DNA of 64,000 bases from Zygnema circumcarinatum SAG 698-1b (lineage: Eukaryota > Plantae > Zygnematophyceae). Positions within the stretch are counted from its first letter, which is position 1; the number at the start of each line of letters is the position of its first letter. Both the position numbers and the translations under genes were made by a program. This document shows, in pieces, positions 24,701-42,382 of this stretch. A model generated the notes under the pieces. The model ran no database searches. It was given only the letters and a program-made list of their open reading frames with translations, and was not told the DNA's origin. The stretch is taken from NCBI GenBank assembly GCA_037447605.1, contig CM074804.1:186001-250000 (forward strand), written 5' to 3'.

Positions 24701-25510
24701 CCCTCGGCCTCTGCCCCCCTCGGCCTTGCCCACTCGGCATTGGCCCCTTTTAACCCTAACCCTAACCCTGATCCTAACCCTAAAAAATTAAAGAAAAAAA
24801 AAAAAAAAATGGGGGAAGGAGAAGAACCTTACCTGCACTGGCGCGCACTTCCCACTGTTGGCGCGCTGAAAAGAGAAGCGAACTCAGGGCAGAGTGAAAC
24901 TAGCTTCTCCGCCCTCCCCTTTATAGGGGGGGGGCTCCCTCGGCCTTGGCCTTGCCCCCCTCGGCCTTGCCCCCCTCGGACTTGGCCCCCCTCGGCCTTT
25001 GGCCACCCTCAGCCTTGGCCTTGCCCCCCTCGGCCTTGCCCCCCTCGGCCTTGCCCACCTCTAACTCTAAACCTAACCCTAATCCTAACCTATGGGCTTG
25101 CCTCCCTCGGCCTTGGCCTTAGCCTTAGCCTGGCCACCATCAGCCATGGCCTTGCCCCCCTCGGCCTTGCCCCCCTCGGCCTTGCCCCCCTCGGCCTTGC
25201 CCACCTCTAACTCTATCCCTAACCCTAATCCTAAGCTATGGGCTTGCCTCCCTCGGCATTGGCCTTTGCCCCCCTCGGCCTTGCCCCCCTCGGCCTGGGT
25301 CCCCTCGGCCTTGCCCACCTCGGCCTTGCCCACCTTTAACCCTAACCCTAACCCTTATCCTTACCCTAAAAAAAAAGGAAAAAAAAAATGGGAAGAAGTA
25401 GCGCCTTACCTGCACTGGCGCGCACTCCCCACTGTTGGCACGCTGAAAAGAGAAGCGAACTCAGGGCAAAGTGAAACTAGCTCCTCCGCCCTCCCCTTTA
25501 TAGGGGGGGG
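21719..25510. repeat. Composite satellite array A (CCCCCCTCGGCCTTG 15-mers + CCCTAA-like blocks + TATA/splice-donor module)
   Basis: Directly visible higher-order repeat: (cccccctcggccttg)n, cacctctaactctaaacctaaccctaatcctaacctatgggcttgcc, and ttttaaccctaaccctaaccctgatcctaaccct-A-tract-gaaccttacctgcactggcgcgcac...cccctttataggggg. Confidence 0.95.
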
Positions 25511-26420
25511 CGATCGCGCGAGTGGCTGGCCCGCCCCGCGAAGGGGTCGGCGCGCGCGTCCAAGAGCGACGCGCGTGCGCGCGTCGGGACGCGCTGCGCT
25601 CGAGGGCTGGCCCGCCCCGCGAAGGGGTCGGCGCGCGCCGGGACGCGCTGCGCTCGAGGGCTGGCCCGCCCCGCGAAGGGGTCGGCGCGCGCGTCCAAGA
25701 GGGAACGCACATGCGCCGACCCCGTGCACGCGTCAGGACGCGCCAGCGCGAGTCCCGACGCGCCGCTCCACGTACCCCTTATCTGCCAAGTGGCGGCTAC
25801 CAAGTCGCCACTTCCATATTGCGCGTCGTGATGCGCCGGCCCACTAACCCCCTTATCAACCACGTGGCGGAAAATCGATCCGCATTGCCATAGTGCGGTC
25901 TGACACACCACTTTTATCACGCCACGTGTCTCCTCGTACCTGAAAATTTGCGCAGCGCGCCACCGATCTTCCGCCAGTCACGAGCGGACGCGGCCAACGC
26001 CACCGACACGCCCGTCCGCGAGCATTGAAGGACCACGTCGGGGTCCGGCCACGCGGCGGGCATGCAGGCGGCCGCACGTGCGAGGTGGTCCCGCAGCGCC
26101 ACGCGGCGCGGGCGCGCGAGAGAACGGAAGCTCGCAACATGGAACCCGCGTGCATGCAGCCGCCGCGTGGCGTGCTCTCCTCACCTGTCTGCGCCGGCGC
26201 GCTCTAACGGCCCCCCTCCTCGCGCGTGGGAAGGGGGGGGCGTTCGGCGTGCGATCGCACGGGCGGGGCCGCCCCTCCAAACGGCCAATGTGCGCGAGGG
26301 AGGGAGGGAGTCAGGGAGCCAGGGAGGGCCAGAAAGAGGGCCAGAAAGAGGGCCAGAAAGAGGGCCAGAAGGAGGGCTGAAGGGCCAATGGGCGGGCGGC
26401 GGTCGGTGGGGCGTACGAGC
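25510..26420. promoter_or_regulatory. CpG-rich island (copy A) with internal tandem units, G-boxes and GC-boxes; putative promoter
   Basis: Very high GC/CpG content, ggctggcccgccccgcgaaggggtcggcgcgcg x3, CACGTG sites, gggccagaaaga x3-4. Promoter role is inferred. Confidence 0.45.
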
Positions 26421-26674
26421 AGGTCGAACACTATTGGTCCTCGTGTCACACACTCTCGTGCCAGGTGGTTTAAACACTCACTTTTTGATATCCTTGCTGA
26501 TGTGCACAAAATAGGACAATACAAAAACAATCCGTATGACGCGTATAACCGCAGACGTGAGATTTCCTGTTCTACTGTAACAGCGCAAAGATCACGCATA
26601 GATCACGCTATCCCAGTTGCCGTACTTTCAGACTCCGCCGTTTCCCGCCCGAATACTGTACTGGAAAGTGAAAA

Positions 26675-27224
26675 GTGGATTTATTTGACTGGTGGTTGGA
26701 CAAGCAGCAGAGAGAGGTCGATGTGCGGCTCCAGGAGAGGAGGCAGCCCCTCCTGCAAGGTCAAAAGAGAGATGGCTGAAAGTGGGTGAGGTGAGGGTGA
26801 AGGGAAAGGGAAAGGCTGGCAAGGAAGATATTGTTGGTGGGGGAAGTCTCTGGACCTGAGGAACAAGGAGGAGGAGGAGGAGGAGAGCCAAGGAAGCGGA
26901 AGCAGTCGAAGGTACTGCTTGCTTGCTTGCCGCTGCTGTTTTTGGCATTGCAAGAGTATGGCTTGTTTCAGAAGCAAGCAGTTGGCTGTGTTAGCTAAAG
27001 AATGCAGGTTGCAGACATGCCGCTAAAGAAAATAATCACAATTTCGTTTGGCTGTAAATTACATATGGCCAACGTTTTGATTGAAATTAACTATCCAAAC
27101 GCTTTGCTGGAAACTGCAGTTTTAAGAAGTCGACTGAAATTCGCATTTCTTTTTCTAGATTCAACCCTGCTATTTTCAGCGCCCTAAATCGTGCATGCTA
27201 TCCGCTGTAGAACTAATTTATGCG

Positions 27225-27262
<38 letters not shown>

Positions 27263-27441
27263 ACCATCTATGATACATTTCCATGGCTAGGCAACGGCGT
27301 ACAAGCTTAAGTCAGAGCAGCCAACGCAAGAGCACTTTCTTTGGAAGATTTTTCGCCCTTCAAATATTTTGACCAAAATGGTGTGCTCTCCTGTATCTGA
27401 ACGACTATATTAGTATCGTTTGAATAGAAATACATGCTATA

Positions 27442-27519
<78 letters not shown>

Positions 27520-27617
27520 CTCTCTCGCTCTCTCTCCCTTTCTCACTTGGATTTGATTTGAATTTTTTGTTAGTTTTTTCTGGTTCAGATGTGGTGTCTG
27601 TGAAGGGGATCAGCGAG
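26675..27617 (+). pseudogene. Possible KNL2 SANTA-domain fragment (two exons; first exon repeated at ~37046-37273)
   Basis: VDLFDWWLDKQ...WLKVG...SLWT*GTRRR...EAVE|DVVSVKGISE with GT-AG junctions (26911/27589) resembles the SANTA pattern LxDWWLxK...LxVxG...TLExxDGxxVxxxGxI. Frameshifted and weakly supported. Confidence 0.4.
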
Positions 27618-27820
27618 GTACTGCAAGGGAGTGTGTGAGATGAAACCGGCTGAGGGGGGATTGTGAGAGACTAGATTGCAAGAGGCATTTAACTAAATCG
27701 AAGCCACAGACCTTAACGGAGTGACTGGAATAGCACGATATCTCAAAGACTTTCACTTTTCGAAGGTTTTACAGTATTGCTGTCACTTATACTGCATGCT
27801 GTTCGTGACCTCCTCTGCAG

Positions 27821-28545
27821 GGTACTATGGAAGGCATCATGCTAACCGTTCAGAAGAAAAACTCTTGCGCCTTGAAGTTCTATCTTCACAAGTTGATGTA
27901 GGTCAGCTGCCGCGTATCTTGAGCAGCTTGCATCCTGCATGGCAACTTACTGCAAAGGTCAGAAATTCTGTATTCTGGACGATGCATGTAGGCACGCATT
28001 CTGTCTTCATGTTATGTTGCGCAGATCTTTCCAGACTTGACGCTCCTCTGAATTGGTGGATGCTTCCAGTTTCCGCATTGCTGCTATCTCTCCCAGCGTA
28101 TGTGACCCATCGGTAAGTAGACACTTACTTCCCATAACATACATATAGCAATTCATCTCCTTGCGAACCGTTGCACACCGTTTTGCTCAAAACCTTCATT
28201 TTGGACTTTCTGCAGAGTGAAACTGCGCATGCGTTTGTATGCGATTGTACTGTTCATTATCTGGACGCATAGTTGATTTACAGCATTTTGAGACTCCTAA
28301 GAGGACTCCTCCCTCACTCTCTCACTATCTCTCTCCCCCCTCTCTCCCTCTCTACCCGCTTTCTTCCCCCCAATTTCTCCCGCCTTTCTCCGTCTCCCTC
28401 CCTCTCCCTTTGACTAGCCGCCTCCCTCCACTCCTCCATCTCCCTCTCGTTCTACTTCTCCCTCTCTCACTCTCTCCTGTGTGTCTGTGTGGTATGATGG
28501 AGGCTCGCTTTCAGGCGGCAGATGCATACGACTACGAGATTTGGA
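27821..28545 (+). pseudogene. NAA40: NAA40 (NatD N-alpha-acetyltransferase) 3' fragment, three exons
   Basis: Exons 27821-27897, 28070-28112 and 28515-~28545 splice to GTMEGIMLTVQKKNSCALKFYLHKL-FRIAAISPSVCDPS|AADAYDYEI, matching the GNAT C-terminal motif VMLTVxKxN..A..FY..L.F.I...SPS......YEIL. Confidence 0.75.
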
Positions 28546-30819
28546 GACAAAGGTGTCGCGCATAAGTCCAGTGGGAGGAGGATGCATCAACGTGGCAAAT
28601 CGCTATGACACTGACGCAGGCTCTTTCTTTGTAAAAACAAACAGGTATATGCATTCTCTTTCTGGCTAGCTTGGAGCAGCCCAATATCATCTATGCGTAT
28701 CCGGAAGCAAGCTCGCAGGATGCTGGTTGTATGCTTTGCCTCTAATCATCAAGGCTTTCTGAAGCTGCTTCTTTTCAGATTTCCTGCGGATACTATTCAA
28801 ATGATTTTGAACTCGAGAGAAGACTGCCTGTTCCGCTGGGCTTTCTCGTCCTGTAGTCAGGAAAGTTGGAGTGCTCGAATGTTGCTTTAAGTAAAACGCT
28901 TTCCTTGCAGAAAGCTGCTACATCTTCAGTTATCAAACTCTTGTGGCTTAGTTGTCTTGCAGAGATGTTGAGCCGGCTATGTTTGAGGCAGACGCTCGCG
29001 GATTGGAAGCCATGCACAACACGCGTACTGTGCGATTACCGCATCCTTTCAAGGTTGGTAACATTCAAAGCCTCATCTTTGGAACCTTTCTGCGGGTGTG
29101 GATACGGGTGGACCTTGTAAGCTTGGCAGTGCTTTCAGTGTCTGAATCGTCCGATACCTCCCTCTGGAAATCGAATACGCTAGATTTGATTCGCCTTGAA
29201 ATATTCATGATGTTTTCGAACTTGATCTTGTCCCTCGGAAGCCTTCGCAACTGGAATTCAAGCAATGTACCACCTTGTTTTGTGAAAATTTTACCATCAA
29301 GTGGAGATCTGAATAGCCTCGTCTATGCAGATGTATCGGGGATCGCTTCCAGGGAGAGGGTCGTTCACCATCATGGAGTACATTCGAGTTCGGTGGTTTG
29401 AAAGGAGGCCATCGGCAGCACAGCGCATCTAAACCTCTTTTAGTTTCATCATGGCGTCATAAGGACCTTGGAACTAGCATTTTCGATTGCTGTATTCGTC
29501 ATCTTGACATCTTCTCTCATCCCATCTTCATGTTCCTTTTTCTTTGTTTCCCTTTTTCCGCTGGCGAAAAAGTTGGCTGACTTCCCCCCAATTCTCCACC
29601 TGATCCTGACCTGATTAGCGGCTTCGTGTGAATTTTCACCTGCTTGCTTTTCAGCTCGTGAAGCTCCACTCCCACGAACTCCTGAACTGTGTTCAGGATC
29701 TGCAGAAAAAATCACGAAATTCCATACATATCAAAAGACGTAAAAGCAAACATCGCTCGTAATTAGTCCATCACTAGCGTCATATTAAATAGAGTAAGCT
29801 TCTGAACTGAACAATGTCACAAGAGTTAGAGCACCTTGAACTGCAAACTGTATAATGGAAATGATTGTAACGACATACCCTGCGATCCCGCACGTCATCT
29901 TCACAGTAAACGAGAGCTAAGTCTTGTTTGGTTGAACACGCGAAGCGCATCATCGGCAATTTCTTGCACACGTTGAAGATTGGAAATCAGGTGCTTTTGT
30001 ATTTTAAAGTTGGCTTGTGTTACAAGTTCTTAACAGATTCAGAATATCAATAGCAATGACGACTGTTTCGTTTTACAGAGGTGGCCACTTTCAGCCATGA
30101 ATAAAGCCGTATCAGGCCAGTAATAGGAAACAAGAGTCTTTTAAGATGCTTAACTGGTAAAAGAGGGCAAAGGCCCGACACTTTATCAGAGAAACGGCAA
30201 GATCTGGGCGCTCCGACATTTTTTACTTTCTGTAGGTTACACAGCATTTTGTTGCAAGCATTTCAGTAAACAATCCGTGTCGTTTTTCTCAATATAGTTG
30301 TCGTCTTCCCAAAGAGTGAAAAATAGAGTCGACTTGCCATGAAAGGCCTAGTGAGACAGGAATTTACATGGCGACAAAGGAGGCCATCGGCAGGACAGTG
30401 CATCCAAACCTCTTTTAGTTTCATCATGGCGTCATAAGGTCCTTGGAACAAGCATTCTCGATTGCTCTATTCTTCATCTTGTCAGTATTTGCAGTTTCCA
30501 TGCATTCTGAATTCTTGACGATGCAAATGTTACACATATTGAAAATCTCCCAAGACACCCTAAAGAGCTAGCCATCGTTTTCTATGATCTTTACTGTAAT
30601 TGATCTGCTGCCTTGGCTCTAAATTGACCTGCCAATGGAGGATTTCTTTATGGTGTGCAGTTGAGCTGAGAGAATTCCGTCACTATCTGACCTCAAATCT
30701 ATCAGTTCATGTCTGGGTAGGCAGTGTTGGACCGGAGACTGACAAAGATAACCCACTGCTGCATCTCGCAGGAGAGAGCAGCGAAGGGTTCGGTTTTAAC
30801 CTTAAGAATACATTTGGAA
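28546..30819 (+). pseudogene. Protein-ribulosamine/fructosamine 3-kinase N-terminal fragment (four exons, degenerate)
   Basis: TKVSRISPVGGGCINVANRYDTDAGSFFVKTNR|RDVEPAMFEADARGLEAMHNTRTVRLPHPFK|...FTIMEY.EFGG...|AVLDRRLTK...AGESSEGFGFNLKNTFG. Frameshifted, with no start and no kinase C-lobe. Confidence 0.9.
29401..30481. repeat. ~106 bp direct repeats (29401-29506 and 30376-30481) bracketing ~870 bp of exon-like sequence inside the kinase fragment
   Basis: aaaggaggccatcggcag.acag.gcatc.aaacctcttttagtttcatcatggcgtcataagg.ccttggaac...tcatcttg occurs twice. Confidence 0.9.
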
Positions 30820-31064
30820 GGTACTTTGTGAATTGCACCGAGCTAGAAAATGCGTGGCACGTACAAAGTGTTGATTAGGATTGGTACACAATTGTGCCGG
30901 CACAAAATCAAACTGGCTCACCCTAATTGCTGAAAGGCAAAACATTTATGGCGCGAATTGCAAGGGTGCACATTTAGTATGGTCCACACAGTTGGAGGTA
31001 AACAGGAAAGACAACATAAAACGAGTTCGCAACTAGCGTGGCCGCCTCTGAATACTATGATACA

Positions 31065-38940
<7,876 letters not shown>

Positions 38941-39369
38941 TCTATGAAACATATCTCTCTCTCTCTTTCTCTTTCGGCTCTCTTCTCTCTGGCTCCTGCT
39001 CTCCTCTCTCTCTCTGTCTCTCTCCTCCTGTAAGAGTCAGAGCGTGGCCAGGCCAGTTTCTGCTGCGCGCTCGTGGCGCGGTGCTGCCTCTCTCCTTTTC
39101 CCTCTCTACCTCTTGTTTGCCAGCACGGTCTATTGATATACGCCACCCGGTAGCGGTATTGAGCGTCATTGGTATCCTTCCTCAATGGATAAGCGATTTC
39201 TTTGTTTTGATCATGTTCGACCCATCCCGTTGACAGAGTTTTGGATCACAGAGCATGCTTCTTCTTTCTCATGCATTTCATGCCATGGCATCTTGATACG
39301 TGGCATGAGATGAGCATGTCAGGTACAGGAGGCAGCCGATTGGCTAGGAGCGGACTGTGTTGCACGATA

Positions 39370-40270
39370 CGTAACTTTGGTGGAGCTACCGGAGTTGAGA
39401 GATCTCAACTGGGGCGCATGGAGGGTACGTAGAAACCCATCTTTCCATTTTTTTTCATGGTCTGTGTTTTTCCTTTTTGGCATTATGGTGAAGTGAAATA
39501 TCGTAACCCGAATGAGAATGAAGACTTCGAAAGAGCAGAAGGTTGGGGTTGTTCTATTGCTTCAGTAAAGGGATGTCGGGATGTTTCATTCTTTAGAGAC
39601 ATAAGGATGAGAGGAGTTCGTAATATGACTGGTATGCAAAGCATGACCTAAATTGGGCCTGTTCAGTTTCAAGGTTCAGATCCTCCTAAAATAGCGGAAC
39701 TGCAATAATGAACCACTGCTACTCTGCCTGCATTGAGTACTGGAACAAGGTAGCTATTCTCATCTGTAGCTATTGACAATTGAATGAAGATTGAGAGGGT
39801 AATGTTTCTTTGAGGCGCAAATAGAGGAATGTATTGTCCTGTCGCTGCAGGGGATGGTGAAGGACACGCTTAGCCACGATGAAAGATGGAAAGGCACATT
39901 TCTGCTGGAGGGCGCTGAGGATGGAGTGACTCTGCACTGTATGTGGGAGCGAGCTGGAAGAGCCTGGGAAGCGATCCTCCGGCACTTGGCAGAAGCAGAG
40001 TCAAGTGGCGAGTCAGCAGAAGAAGACAACAGCAAGACGGTGGTTGTAGTGGGGCATGACATCATCTACTCGGCTATGTTGGGGCATTGCCTTCAACTCC
40101 AGCCGGAAAATGTGGGCTCTTTCCATCTCGATACAGGAAGCTTAAGTGTGATCGATTTTCCAGATGGGCCGACGGGCAAGGGAGTAGTCCGATGCCTTAA
40201 CTATACGGCCCACTTAAGGCGTTGGGCTGTGCCTGTTACAAGCCCCTCCAGCAACGATGAATATTTCTGA
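39370..40270 (+). pseudogene. 3' fragment of a histidine-phosphatase/PGM-family gene (2-carboxy-D-arabinitol-1-phosphatase-like)
   Basis: ELPELRDLNWGAWE followed by last exon 39851-40270: ...WERAGRAWEAIL...TVVVVGHDIIYSAMLGHCLQL...SFHLDTGSLSVIDFPDGPTGKGVVRCLNYTAHLRRWAVPV. No upstream exons or RHG domain were found before the microsatellite block. Confidence 0.8.
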
Positions 40271-41242
40271 TTCGTCCATGGAATAGGCGGTCTTTATGGA
40301 TTACATGTATGGAAACCGTGGGGTGGCCTTGTCCCGGTCGGACTCTGGTTGACTCCCTGCACTGGAAGGTGGAACGAGGATTGAGACTATTTTTTTTTAA
40401 ATATCTGTAACATCCAACTAGGATCTCTACAAGTTTGTGCTTGCGACAAATATGGTTAAAACAGGAGCTCTTTTTATCCTAAAAAACGTAGAAAGGATCT
40501 GAACAGTGTTTACGTCAAGTCTGAGGACTCTTAGAACAGGATTGTGGTCGCTAATTGAAATAGAAATCATATACAACAGCATTAACATATTTGCTCGTAT
40601 ACGTGGCTTGACAAGGAATGTCATATTTTCCACATAATTCGATTTTTATTTGTCATTCGTTTTTTCCGCGAAAGGCTTCATCTTCTCATTGGAGAAGTTT
40701 AGAAGTTTATCTTTCACTTTGAGGAGCTCTGATCCCTTCTTTCCGTTTTGTTTTGAAAAGTAACATTCAGACTATGCAGGCTCCTTATGACACTGACAGA
40801 AACCAAAAGATAAGCCCTCAATTAAGTGAAGAAAAAGGCGGTCCATAAGCTACCTAGTACATGGTAGAGCACAAAATCTGCCAGCTGCAAATAAAAAAAC
40901 GAGCGCAGTAGTCGTTAATGTGAAAGAGGTAAAAAGGGATGGATGTCTCTCTTTCAGTGAAAGAATTTTCGTCCAACCGACCGATGCCCTGTCTGCTGCT
41001 TAGCACCAACCCTAACAGCGTAACTGAATACCAGAATGTGCATGCTTTAATCTGCCTCTCCCTGTCATTATTTATTCCACAGCGCAGCAAATGTATGTAC
41101 AGGTTCCAGCCCTTTCATCGCTGGCTGAATCTTATCACTTTCATTGAATAGCAGGCCCGATCCCTGAATTTGTGATCGCATGTAATTCCTTCTTTCTAAA
41201 ATTTTCAGTTTGTCTTCCAGGAGACCAGTCTGACCTTGGACA

Positions 41243-41460
41243 ATGGTGCGAAGTTGGGGTGCAGGCGAAGCCATCATGTTTCCAAGAGAAGTTTCGAGTC
41301 GTTGGAATGACACATATGATATGCTTGTTGCTTATTGTAAGGTGATTCAAACCGTCGAATCTGTGACTGCATTCTTCCCCAGGTCCTCGTCCTATTGGCG
41401 CAGGATCTGCAGTGGTGCAATTCCGTTCCCGGAAAAAACGTCAGTATATCCATGCTGTTA
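41243..41460 (+). mobile_element. Possible hAT-transposase-like remnant
   Basis: AIMFPREVSSRWNDTYDMLVAYCK|VLVLLAQDL resembles the hAT D.xTRWNSTYxML motif. Only this short motif supports the call. Confidence 0.35.
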
Positions 41461-41836
41461 TTATACGCAATGTCACTATAACGTGAGTAGACTGTACTTT
41501 GTAGCGGCGATAGCCGCTAGGTTCACCAACAAATGCTCCAACGATTGGCATCGGGTGGGTTGCTATCGCCAACCAATGGTTTCTGCTTCCAACCATTGCA
41601 AATGGTTGGCAATTTTTGACTAACGGCTCCAGTCTTGTATTTTTGCCACACGACACAGACCCATGTGAAGGGGCTTCGCACCCCATGAGATTACTTTCGA
41701 TCTTTTACTTTTGCATATTGAAAAAGGGTTGCGAAGGAGACTTCCGGTTCTGAGATGGTAGAGTGTGTGCGGCCCCATGTTGGGGTTGGAAATGGTGCAG
41801 TGGACATCTGTTGGTCGTGCACAACTATAAGATGGG

Positions 41837-42230
41837 AAAGTCAATGGCATGAATGACGCATGGCACGGTATTGATGCTTGCATGCAATTAGAAGCTTTTG
41901 AAGTTATGATTTTTTTAACGCAAAAGCGTTCTTGACCCAGCCGTGGTCTAAGTTGCAAGTAACAACAAAAGAGAAGCCCTCGCACACAACGGGGACGTGA
42001 ATTGGCATTGATCTCACGATGGCGATGCCATCACATGTACATGGCCAACAACCACAACGACAACATGGGGAACCACGACGAACCAACTGCTCGCAAAGGA
42101 ACTAAGGACAAAGAAATCCATGCGAAGTTTCTTGTGAGAAAGTCAAAGATAGTTACAGTTACAGTAATGTCAAAGCTGCAGTGACTGCGACATGTGAGCA
42201 AGGTTCTACGCTTTTCTTTGAAGAGTCAAA
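41837..42230 (+). repeat. Uninterrupted paralog of the 16826-18623 repeat, immediately upstream of RPP40
   Basis: See 16826-18623. Lacks the MULE insertion. Confidence 0.9.
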
Positions 42231-42382
42231 CGTTCTGACCAGTTCCGTGCCAAACCACGCGCATTTCACATGTGTCCTCCGTTCGATTTTATTTTGCCGT
42301 TCAGAAGGCGTTGACGTTACCGTACTACTGTATTGTCCTCTCCCTCTCCCTCTCCCTCTCCCTCTTCCTCCCACGAGCATTC

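Noticed and set aside
21719-25510. CRISPR-like array
   Set aside because: Eukaryotic context, no unique spacers and no cas genes. The units are internally repetitive.
20527-27000. Hammerhead ribozyme (would support a Penelope/Terminon origin)
   Set aside because: CTGANGA cores at ~20833, 21107, 21645 (- strand) and ~26855 (+) lack a properly spaced GAAA and flanking stems by eye. An Infernal/RNAMotif search would be decisive.
41585-41625. Helitron 3' end (hairpin followed by CTAA)
   Set aside because: Not followed by the T of an A/T target site, and no matching 5' TC end could be assigned.
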